A DNA stretch of 63,967 nt, the filler included, from Blastocystis sp. subtype 4 (Eukaryota), in assembly GCF_000743755.1 (NCBI RefSeq). It is 13 parts of 13 records of this genome, joined end to end, with 100 filler letters (N's around TTAATTAATTAA, not from the genome) between each part and the next. Parts side by side here need not be neighbours in the genome. Positions count along the whole stretch, not along the records: positions 49,398 to 56,542 come from NW_014569016.1; positions 56,643 to 60,699 come from NW_014569015.1; positions 60,800 to 63,967 come from NW_014568962.1; 10 more parts are not named here. One strand, 5' to 3'. Within the stretch, counting starts at the first letter, position 1. Every line of letters begins with the position of its first letter. The notes beneath the pieces are model-generated. The model worked only from the letters and a program-made list of their open reading frames with translations, was not told the DNA's origin and ran no database searches. This document shows positions 53,943 to 63,967 of this stretch, in pieces. Made by a program: the position numbers and the translations under genes.

Positions 53943-54227
53943 CCAAAATAGCCTTTGTAACTTACTAAGCACTACTAACGTACTTAAAATTGTTGAAAGG
54001 ATTATCTAAGTCCAAATCTTCTTTTCGAATACTCATAGGACGTGACAAATGTGTTTCCAAAGAAGAATGCGAAACCGCGGTTTCTATACCGTTTTCAAAA
54101 ACACTTCCAATGTATTAGAATAGATAATATCTATCAAGTGCATCACATACAAAAGTCATCCAATAAGTCATTGATACGAATAACAAACAACAAATACCAT
54201 TTGCACCCTCACAAACACACAAACTTC

Positions 54228-54906
54228 TTACTTCAGAGGAATGAACTTCGAAGAGTGAGTAGCACCAATACCAGGACGGTTATGTTTCACAGGACTGTAC
54301 GAAAGAGAGAACTCACCCAAATAGTGACCAACCATCTCAGCCTTGATTTCAACATTGTTGAAATTACGACCATTGTAAACACCAACAATACATCCAATCA
54401 TTTCAGGAACAATGATCATGTTACGAAGATGAGTCTTCACAGCTTCAGGACGCTCATTCTCAGAAGCAGCAGCCTTCTATTCATCAATTCATATTCATCA
54501 ATTCATACAGACTTTTGAAGACGCTTCAAAAGAGCCATAGGCTTTCTCTTCAAACCACGACGGAAACGACGACGAGCTCCAGCCTTTATAATCAATTATC
54601 AAACAATATATAGTACTCCAACCAACTCCATCAGATCCTTAGGAGACAAATCAAGTAACTTATCCAAATCAACTCCACGATAAGTGAACTTCTTGAAAGT
54701 TCTCTTCTTCTTCTGTTCAGCAGCCAAAGTAACACTACTATTCTATATACAATTACTATACATATTCATTCAATCATATATTCATTCAAATCATTCAGTC
54801 TTATATCACAATCAAATACAACCTTCTTTACAACTACTACAAATACAACCATTATAAATGGTTTCAAATCAATCATTTCATCAATTATACTTACCTCTTC
54901 AGACAT
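54228..54906 (-). CDS. RPS15: 40S ribosomal protein S15 (uS19)
   Basis: [62 protein letters not shown]. Confidence 0.98.
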
Positions 54907-55249
54907 GAATGCGAATGGTAAAGAAATGGTGTAGAATTGTCATCGATGAATTCTATTCTCCCCTATTCATTTCATTTTATATTTCTTTTAGGCTTATTCA
55001 TTTTTACCCCTTTATTGATTGTTTTGTTTGTTTTCTTATTATTTGTATTCATTCGAATCATTTCCTTTTTTTTATTCTATTTACATATCATTGTATATTC
55101 ATTTCAATTGATTTGATCATTCGTCTATCGTTAGTAGTATCCTTCCACTATTGATACTGTGGACATATTACAATTCAAGTTGAACAAGAAAGTATGCTTC
55201 TTCATAACGATACTGATAGAGGTAGCTAGCACTTTACAACAAACATAAA

Positions 55250-56114
55250 ATGGTAAATAAGAGTAAAATCTATCAACTTCCAAAATACTTGATTTTGGAT
55301 GCAGAATAACATGACGTAAACATTCACTTTGATTCTTACATCCCAGTCGTGCAACCCAAAACCTGGAATAATCCACACAAGGTACTTGTAATAATTGCAT
55401 TCCCTTCCCTGTATTAACATCTTCATGATGCGTTAAATAATTCACATGTCGCATTGCTATCATCAGGCGCGGTAGCAAATGATATGAAATGACGTATCCA
55501 CCACCAGAAGCATAATATGATAATACAGTGTTACCCACAACAGCAGCAGGAACATAGTTCTTTCTTCTATGATTCTTTGTATTGAAGATTTCATCATGGT
55601 GGCAATCACCCATATAAACATCATCCTTTGACACATCATAAGGAGAAAGAAGCTGTAAAAGAAGCGGATAATTAATGACACAATCACTATCAGTCTTCAA
55701 TACATAATCTATTGGCAAATTGGCCAATTGTAACCACTGAAAAGCATACAATACAGAGAGTGTAATATTGTGATATGAGTCAACATGGTCAAACTGAAGA
55801 ATATCACCATAATCATCATTTTCCTGACCTACGAAAGAAGTACATTCAGGATTATTTCCCAACGAAAATATCGTAAATGCATTGTAACGCAGATAATAAG
55901 ATTGTGTCCTGGATCGTACAATCTGTCGAGTAGAAAAATCACAAGCAGAACTAAGAACTATAGTTAAAACTCGAACTCGATGAGGAAAACTGAGTCGCGG
56001 CTTCTGAAGGATGGAATAGGGTCTTCCTAAGAAAATCTGTTGATAGCTCTCCACTGAAACATTCTGGTAATCGAATGGCCTTCCATAGCGAATAAACATC
56101 TCCACCTCCTCCAT
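55250..56114 (-). CDS. GT31 beta-1,3-galactosyltransferase-like; N-terminal anchor probably extends to ~56464; stop apparently completed by polyadenylation
   Basis: ENDDYGDILQFDHVDSYHNITL, YVLKTDSD, YASGGGYVIS, HEDVNTG. Confidence 0.88.
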
Positions 56115-56507
56115 AGCATGATCCCGTACTTCAAAATTCGAGGGTACATACTCTCGTAGTTGTTGCAGCCTTGAGAGACTAAAACTAACTTTCGAACACT
56201 AGAACTACTTAGTTGGAGTAAGATTTTGTATTTGGCTTGCACCAGGTAAAGACCTAATATAGATATCCACAGAATGAGTCAGTGGACTGTCAAGAAAATA
56301 CAGAATCGCTAGACATAGGTAGTAAAAGTAGACTCCTAGAAAGAGTATCACCATTCGAAAACGCAAAGATTAGGATGTTCTGAAGTACTAAAGGCACAAA
56401 GAGTCCAATTACAATATGTGCAATAAGCATATTGTTGTACCCAAATAGTCCCTATTTTTGCCATCGATTAGGTGACTTTGGATTTCTCAGAATACAGACT
56501 TTCATCC

Positions 56508-56542
56508 ATGGGTCGTGTTATTAGAGGTTCGTATTGGTGATA
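56508..56542 (+). CDS. RPL8: Probable first exon of 60S ribosomal protein L8 (uL2)
   Basis: ATG GGT CGT GTT ATT AGA (MGRVIR) followed by a GT donor at the contig end. Confidence 0.55.
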
Positions 56543-56890
56543 NNNNNNNNNNNNNNNNNNNNNNNNNNNNNNNNNNNNNNNNNNNNTTAATTAATTAANN
56601 NNNNNNNNNNNNNNNNNNNNNNNNNNNNNNNNNNNNNNNNNNCAAAATCTTCTTCTATTCCAATTATTCTGTGCGTATTGTTTATCATATACAAGATGAT
56701 ACAGAACCTAGTGAGTTCCATGATTTGTTTGTAGATAATGGGGCATGTTTAAATGCAATCTATGTTCGACCCTATCAACGAACAGCTACGAATTGTTTAC
56801 ATTCAACAATAGGTTGAGCTAGTTGTATAACAAGTCAATCTGATAGTTGGTAGAGAATTAAGGAATTACTTGTAATAATAAAGAATAAGG

Positions 56891-57283
56891 ATGAGTTACA
56901 TATTCTCTTCCAATGGGAACAATTACACATTTCGCAAACTTGATAGTATGTTAATCAATATGCCTGAGAGTCAACATGTTCTTGTTCGTCAAACTATCAA
57001 CAATATCCCTACATATTCTTGGACTGATGCAGCCATTATTGTGAAGGTGAATCAAGCTTTGATCTTTGAATATACTCCTGCTGTTACAGAAAGTCTTGAA
57101 CACAAGTTTCATTATTCATTGGCTAAAGGCAATTATCTTGTTACTACAACAGTCACATGTTATACAAATGATGATCTATTCAATGATTGTAATTCTATTG
57201 AAAATGTACTTGATAAGGGTTATTATATCAAAGTGAATTTGGCTGATCAAATTGAATACTCCTGTTATCGATTCACTCAATAA
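56891..57283 (+). CDS. Orphan 130-aa beta-rich protein of the viral element
   Basis: Clean intronless ATG-TAA ORF. Confidence 0.6.
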   Translation: MSYIFSSNGNNYTFRKLDSMLINMPESQHVLVRQTINNIPTYSWTDAAIIVKVNQALIFEYTPAVTESLEHKFHYSLAKGNYLVTTTVTCYTNDDLFNDCNSIENVLDKGYYIKVNLADQIEYSCYRFTQ

Positions 57284-57492
57284 TCTACTTACCAATACAC
57301 AACAAACTGTGATTGATAATCAGGAAGAACAAACAACGATATCTGTTGAAACAAATCTACAAGATGTTGTTATGTTGAAAGGAGTTAAGTCTATTTGTGT
57401 CGTTTTCGAGCAGTAACCTTTCTGACTCCTAGTAACTGGTAATCCTTTAGGTTTTGTTTGTGAACGAGTCACTGGTTTATGTGTTTTAGCAG

Positions 57493-58412
57493 CTACTTTC
57501 CTGCTTTCAGGAGTTCTTTCACTTTGTTTCGTGTTTGGATAATTGACTTTGTTACAGGGATACATTTGCTCTTTAACAATTCCCAATGATAGTACTTTCT
57601 TCTACAAACACTATCATTCTCACTATTCTTCACTTCATACATTATTGGTTTCACACTATCATCAATACCTACTACTTCATACAATGTTCTTGACCATTTG
57701 AATGTTAATGACTTCTTTTGTAATACAGATGGTTTTGAAACAACTCGAACATACTCACCAATACCAAATTGGGGTGTTCTATCTTTCATACTCATTCTAT
57801 CAGAATCAGGTTCAGCATCTTCCATATACACATAATTCTCTTTCCATATTTGATTCGGTGTATATCCAGTATCATTATTCTTATGTTCATTATGTTTCTT
57901 AACAGCATTATCAATATAGTCTGCCCAAATACCATTACTTCTGTTAAATGGTACCATAATCGACTCTTTGATAGTGCGTATTACTCGTTCTGCAAATACT
58001 GATTTGTTCTCAGAAACCATATGATACATTTTGATGTTGTATTTGTTGAGTATTTGTGTACGAAATATGTCATTCACAAATTCACTACCTCGATCACAAT
58101 TGATACAATCTGGAGCACCATATGTCTTGATGATATCATTCATTTTGGCAGCTACTTCTTTACCTGTTTTTGTCTTAAGTAATCGTGTCATTAGATATCT
58201 AGAATATCCATCAATACATACAAGAACATATTTGTAACCATGATTCTTGTTGAAGTTGCCCCATTCTTTATCAAATTATCTTGTATCCATCGTTCTTGTT
58301 TACTACTAAAGTCCATCAGATCAATGTAATAGATATGTCTCTTACAACTGTTCATGTACCTGGTTAATCCTTGTGGCTTTGCTCTTGTTTTGAGTTCTTT
58401 CAATTCATTCAT
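57493..58412 (-). CDS. Polinton-type retroviral-like (rve) DDE integrase; frameshift near 58268
   Basis: YYIDLMDF / NHGYKYVLVCIDGYSRYL..LKTKTGKEV / INCDRGSEF / FAERVIRTIKE / GYTP / FGIGEYVRV..KWS..YEV..YYHWELLK. Confidence 0.9.
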
Positions 58413-58494
58413 GTTTACCTTTGATAAAAGAAATGATTAAGGTAATTTCTACTTTGGTAGAGAACTATGTTTTCGTTTTACTCTGTAACAGTAA

Positions 58495-58707
58495 ATGAAT
58501 GAATCTAGTATTTGGAAAAGACTATGGAAATGGATGAAAGGATTATTCAAACAGAAGAATCACAAATTGGTAGTGAATACGAAATGCAAAGATACCTGTT
58601 GTTGTCATTCATCTTGTCTATTAGTGTATAATGAGAAGAATGAATCTACAGATGATAGTGGATCTGATATTGAGGTGAGTCCAACTGGTATAATCAAAGT
58701 GAAATAG
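58495..58707 (+). CDS. Small orphan protein with amphipathic Trp/Lys N-terminus and Cys cluster
   Basis: IWKRLWKWMKGLF..CKDTCCCHSSC; fills the gap between the integrase and the fibre-like gene. Confidence 0.5.
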   Translation: MNESSIWKRLWKWMKGLFKQKNHKLVVNTKCKDTCCCHSSCLLVYNEKNESTDDSGSDIEVSPTGIIKVK

Positions 58708-58715
58708 GTTTAACC

Positions 58716-59825
58716 TCATAGTTCTACCAATCTTACTACCAATCTCTTTATCTTATGACTAATCGTTGTTGCTCCAGTTCGTTGAATTCCTAATGTGAAT
58801 GTTTCACCATTAGCAGTGAATATTCCATTTCCTGTGATATGAATGAATGGAAGAGGATTTGCAATCACATTTGATTCAATGATATACTCTGGATTTGATC
58901 CATTTGAAGTGTAGTATACACCAATCAAAGGCTCATTTCCACTCGTAAATCCATCCAATACTGCTTCATAATCAGAACATCTTAAGTCTATATCAACTGT
59001 CATCAAGTATTGTTTTCCCATTTCAATTGTCAAATCATCCGATGTTATCATGTTATCATCGGATTTACCACCAAGAGTACAACTAACAAGTGTATCATTC
59101 TTTCCAGTTGTATAATGAATTGATTTGAATGTCTTACTACCATTACCAGATGTAGCTACTAAAGCAGGACCACTAGTACCAATACTCAACAAGTAATTAC
59201 CTTCAGTTGATGGTAAACTCAATCCTTTTGCATCACCTCCATACAACATAACGATTTGATTCTTGTTTGAGTCTAAACCCCAACAATGTTTCATAATGTT
59301 CTTAGCATTCATTGATACCCAATTGTATCCATTTGAATCTTTCTGCATATACCAAGAACCAGCTGATGGGAGTTTCATTGAAGAAACAGATGTTCCATTC
59401 CAAAGAGGAAATGATGGTTGTGCTGCTATTCCTTCAATATTCAATAGATCAGCGAATATGGTGGCAGGAGTGAGTTTTGTGAATGTTTTAGTGTTTGTTT
59501 GTACATTAAGTATGTAAATACCTGATGATGAAGGGATATCAAGAGCAGCAAATGTAGTGGGTGATGTGAAATATGGAATTGTACCTGATGTAGCAACAGA
59601 TAATGTACCTCCTCCTGTTTGAAAGTAAGTATTGGTAAGAGATTGTAGTGCAGCTGGTTGTTGTGCAAGAGTTATAGCACCATTTTGATAGGATATAACA
59701 TAATTACCTTCAGTAGTAGGCATAGGTGCAGTAGTGAATTGAGAGTTATTGTAGTATTGAAGACCAGGTGTTAATTCCTTCTTCTTGAATACACCATTTT
59801 GGAGACATACAAGTTTCTGTGACAT
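58716..59825 (-). CDS. Fibre/spike-like structural protein (369 aa from MSQKLVC) with four imperfect repeats and a beta-rich C-terminal domain
   Basis: PTTEGNYVIS, PSSSGIYILN, PSAGSWYMQK, PSTEGNYLLS about 50 aa apart (first gap ~63); T/S/G/N-rich; no signal peptide or TM. Confidence 0.55.
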   Translation of the reverse strand: MSQKLVCLQNGVFKKKELTPGLQYYNNSQFTTAPMPTTEGNYVISYQNGAITLAQQPAALQSLTNTYFQTGGGTLSVATSGTIPYFTSPTTFAALDIPSSSGIYILNVQTNTKTFTKLTPATIFADLLNIEGIAAQPSFPLWNGTSVSSMKLPSAGSWYMQKDSNGYNWVSMNAKNIMKHCWGLDSNKNQIVMLYGGDAKGLSLPSTEGNYLLSIGTSGPALVATSGNGSKTFKSIHYTTGKNDTLVSCTLGGKSDDNMITSDDLTIEMGKQYLMTVDIDLRCSDYEAVLDGFTSGNEPLIGVYYTSNGSNPEYIIESNVIANPLPFIHITGNGIFTANGETFTLGIQRTGATTISHKIKRLVVRLVEL

Positions 59826-59921
59826 TTTCTTACTAAGTAAGAAAAGAAAAGTCACGTAGCAATTGGTTGAATCTGGTTTTATGAATAACAATGATTCTGC
59901 TTTTTTTATCCTATTAGTAAA

Positions 59922-60699
59922 ATGACTACGATTCCTCCTACACATAACTATGAATCTCAAGTTGTGTTCTCAAATCAACAGAACAACATCAAATCAAATG
60001 ATGTTATTAATTGGACAATAGCTCCTTCAGGTGATGATACTTATTTTGATCTGTACAAGTCAAGAATGACATTCAAAGTGAAGATGACAGGTCTAACAAG
60101 TACTAGTAGTGATAAAACTATCTATGTTCCTGTTAAGAAGAATATGGCAGGAATTGTGAACAATACGAAAGTGACATATACATATTGGGATGGTGATAGT
60201 CTTGCATCATTACCACTATCTGCAGATAATGAAAACATTGGACAAATCCGTTCTTTGTTAAATACAATTACTGATAATAAGCACAATAATGTTGTAAATG
60301 AGGGTCTTAAAGAACTATCATACATTGCTTATGATGATGTTAGTAGTACAAATGCTGCTACACTTGGTCGTCCTTATGATGGTAAACTCTTCTATAATGT
60401 GTTGAAGTTTGTTCAGAAGTCAGGATCCACTGTTGCTTATTCAACTATCAATGTCAACTTNTCAGATATCTTTGAAGGATGTTCACAGGAACGATTCATC
60501 AATCTAACACAAATGGATGCTCAGATCATTCCTACCAATGATGATGCATATTTCTACATTAGTAATGGTAAGATCAAGACAATGTCATCTCCTACTACAG
60601 ATCCTGTAGATACTACATTTGGAGGTGTATTCTTTGATAGTTGTATTCTGTGGTATCATAGTTACAAGACTGCAAATGAAGATGCATTTGATCCTGAAG
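59922..60699 (+). CDS. Putative double-jelly-roll major capsid protein (3'-truncated)
   Basis: VINWTIAPSGDDTYFDLYKSRMTFKVKM resembles the Polinton capsid N-terminal pattern (I.F.I....Y.DL..S.L..K.KI); also INVNxSDIFEGC. Confidence 0.65.
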
Positions 60700-60799
60700 N
60701 NNNNNNNNNNNNNNNNNNNNNNNNNNNNNNNNNNNNNNNNNNNTTAATTAATTAANNNNNNNNNNNNNNNNNNNNNNNNNNNNNNNNNNNNNNNNNNNN

Positions 60800-60898
60800 T
60801 AGAAAAATGAAATGGATCAAGAATCGATTCTTATACCCATATTCATACCATAATAATACAATATTTAGGGTCCATCAATCCATTCAATTGGTTACTCC
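60800..60898 (+). repeat. 99-bp terminal direct repeat, identical to 63869-63967
   Basis: TAGAAAAATGAAATGG...GGTTACTCC at both ends of the contig. Confidence 0.97.
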
Positions 60899-60933
60899 GA
60901 TTCCCTTTTCGTTCATTCACATTCATTGTCAAT

Positions 60934-61530
60934 ATGCTCTCTAGGCATTCATTTCATTCATATTCATTCATTATTAGATTTGCTTCGAAGACTATTCTCT
61001 CTGCTCGCGCTGTAGCCACTCGTTCTTTCGCTACCTATTTCTCTAAGGACCACGAATGGATTGAGGTATTGAATTGATTATTGAGATGATAATATGATAG
61101 TATACTGCTGGAAAGCCTGCTGTTGTTGGAATCACTGACTATGCTCAACACTCTCTTGGTGATATTGTTTACATTGAACTTCCTGAGGTTGGAAGCACCA
61201 TCAAGGCTGGGTATTGATTCTTTCTATTTCTGAATCTAGAGATTCCTTCTCTTCTGTTGAATCTGTGAAGGCTGCTTCAGATGCTTTCTGTCCTGCTACT
61301 GGAAAGGTCCTTGAAGTGAACACTGTATTTGTCTTTGTTAGTTTTGAATATAGGCTCTTTCTGAGACTCCTTCTATTGTGAACGAATCTCCTATGGAGAA
61401 GGGATGGTTCATGAAGTTGGAGGTAGTTTCTTATTTATTTGATGAGTTTTAGCTTTCAAATCCTGATGAGCTGAAGAGTTTGATGGATAAGGCTTCTTAT
61501 GATAAGTTCTGCAAAGAAGCTGAACACTAA
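60934..61530 (+). CDS. GCSH: Glycine cleavage system H protein with N-terminal targeting-like peptide (multi-intron)
   Basis: [39 protein letters not shown] (lipoyl-Lys), [14 protein letters not shown]. Confidence 0.96.
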
Positions 61531-61566
61531 GTCGATTTGATTTGATGTGTTTGTTACAAACAGTGT

Positions 61567-62901
61567 AAGATAGTTGATTAAGCTCTCTCTCTGTTAGTTG
61601 TTGGAAGTGTTGATCCATTCTAAGATTGCTTTCCACACTATCATAATCTGCCCAGTACATAGTAATGTACTTTAAAAGGAAAGGATTATTGTAAGCCTCA
61701 ATAATCTTCCTCACACTTTCATTATCTCGCCTATTAGCCTCATTACGTTCTTTGTCCTGATTCTCTTCCGATAGTTGATTAGACTGTTGCACCTGCTTTC
61801 TTCTTTCTTGTGAAAGAGTTTTCAGGCACTTCCATTTACACATTTCGTATTGTTCAATGATAATGTCCCCTCGAAGAAAGCTGAGGTAACTCAAGGCAAA
61901 TAACAAATCGAGATACTACTTATAAAACGAATGATCATGTAATACCTCCGATAAACCACGAATGAAATGAAGGGTGTGACATCGAGGATAGTAACGCAAG
62001 ATTGTCACTAGACATCAACTCGTTTAGTTATAGACTACTCGCTAAATTGTTCGGATCCTGCTTTGCGAAACAATAGTCCTCTGATGTCATTAAGAAACAG
62101 CGATCCATTGGAAGCTTTTGCGCTATAATGGGAACAGAAGTTAGATCCTACCTGGACAACCCTTCACGAGATTTAATAGTCCAAACATCAGTCCAAATAC
62201 CCAACTCAATATGCAGTAAATGATCTTTGTCCACTTCATCTTTTCCCAAGGAGATGGTAAAAATAGAGAGCAAGCAACAGTATCAATTGTATATGCTATA
62301 CAGCCGTATAGGGCCAATTTCGTTGTAAGCTACCAAATCATCGTAGTTCGATGGAGTTACCTTTCCGTGGTACTCCGGGAAAGAGAGAATATCATAAATA
62401 CTCGTAGTAAAGAAGTAGACGTTACTATGAGTTGTGAGGATAAAAACAAGCTATTAATCAACTGCAAAAAGGAATACGTACTAACTGACATAGATCGAAA
62501 AACCCTCGATAAAAGATATTGGGAATGACAAATTGTGCATAGGACCAACTAGTAAAAAGAAAGAATACAGAAAAGATAAGCCATGGGATGATGATAATAG
62601 CTGTACTTGTGACGAAGATGACTTGGTTCACACCTTCCCGACCCACTTCTGAAATGTACGGGAAGCTACATCCTCCTTGGAATCTGGAAAAGTAATCACA
62701 ATCAAGAAATCAGCACTCATTAAACACGGCACTCAAAATGTTCATAAGAATACCTGGAAGCATCAAACCATAGAGAGCAAAATAGCCACCATTCAGCTGA
62801 CAAAAGTAGAACCCCCGCAACAAGAGTTTCTTCAACCGCGTACAAACACTATCCCCCTCATTCATTTCCACCTTCTTCAGAACAATGTCAGCTGGATCCA
62901 T
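61567..62901 (-). CDS. Hypothetical multi-pass membrane protein (spliced; start approximate); stop apparently completed by polyadenylation
   Basis: Several hydrophobic exons; ends ELNQLS-T(AA) 4 nt before TGTTTGTA. Confidence 0.5.
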
Positions 62902-62957
62902 GAAATAAGGAAGTTTCAAGGATTACTCTGGTTGAACAAACACACGAAAATACAAGT

Positions 62958-63842
<885 letters not shown>

Positions 63843-63967
63843 CCTTACACTATATTATAGAATATGACTAGAAAAATGAAATGGATCAAGAATCGATTCT
63901 TATACCCATATTCATACCATAATAATACAATATTTAGGGTCCATCAATCCATTCAATTGGTTACTCC

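Larger units (their letters stand above)
56643..60699. mobile_element. Polinton/Maverick-like (endogenous DNA virus) element fragment filling the whole contig
   Basis: Compact intronless ORFs: rve integrase, fibre-like repeat protein, Polinton-type capsid N-terminus, orphans; no host genes. Confidence 0.82.

Noticed and set aside
57493..58412. Bacterial IS3/IS481 transposase or LTR-retrotransposon pol
   Set aside because: No HTH, RT, RNase H, gag or LTRs nearby; the C-terminal SH3-like segment and capsid/fibre neighbours fit Polinton-type integrases better.
56643..60699. Terminal inverted repeats or target-site duplication of the viral element
   Set aside because: Both contig ends fall inside ORF-like sequence, so the element termini and integration cannot be shown from this window.
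4271..60799. Recurrent TTAATTAATTAA palindromes as a biological repeat or array
   Set aside because: Always centred in a 100-bp N block; an artificial six-frame-stop joiner. Adjacency across linkers has no biological meaning.

Overview
This window is not one locus. It is 13 unrelated eukaryotic contigs of about 3-7 kb, joined by artificial 100-bp N44-TTAATTAATTAA-N44 linkers. Gene-dense AT-rich DNA, ~30-nt GT-AG introns, the TGTTTGTT 3'-end motif and stop codons apparently completed by polyadenylation point to the gut stramenopile Blastocystis (inference). Most genes are housekeeping (RPA2, RPB8, ribosomal proteins, VPS53, UTP15, APC11, DPM1, GcvH, TDH, IPK1, tRNA-Gln) or belong to expanded glycosyltransferase and surface-protein families. 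The standout is contig 56643-60699, an intronless Polinton/Maverick-like (endogenous DNA virus) module. It encodes a retroviral-type DDE integrase with repeated VTRSQ tail motifs, a fibre-like repeat protein and a Polinton-type major-capsid N-terminus. A degenerate viral-type SF3 helicase lies on another contig (21000-22576). Two contigs have exact 99-bp terminal overlaps implying tandem or circular units, and one of them carries a surface-protein gene with hypervariable patches. Gene boundaries were read by eye, and no database searches were run.
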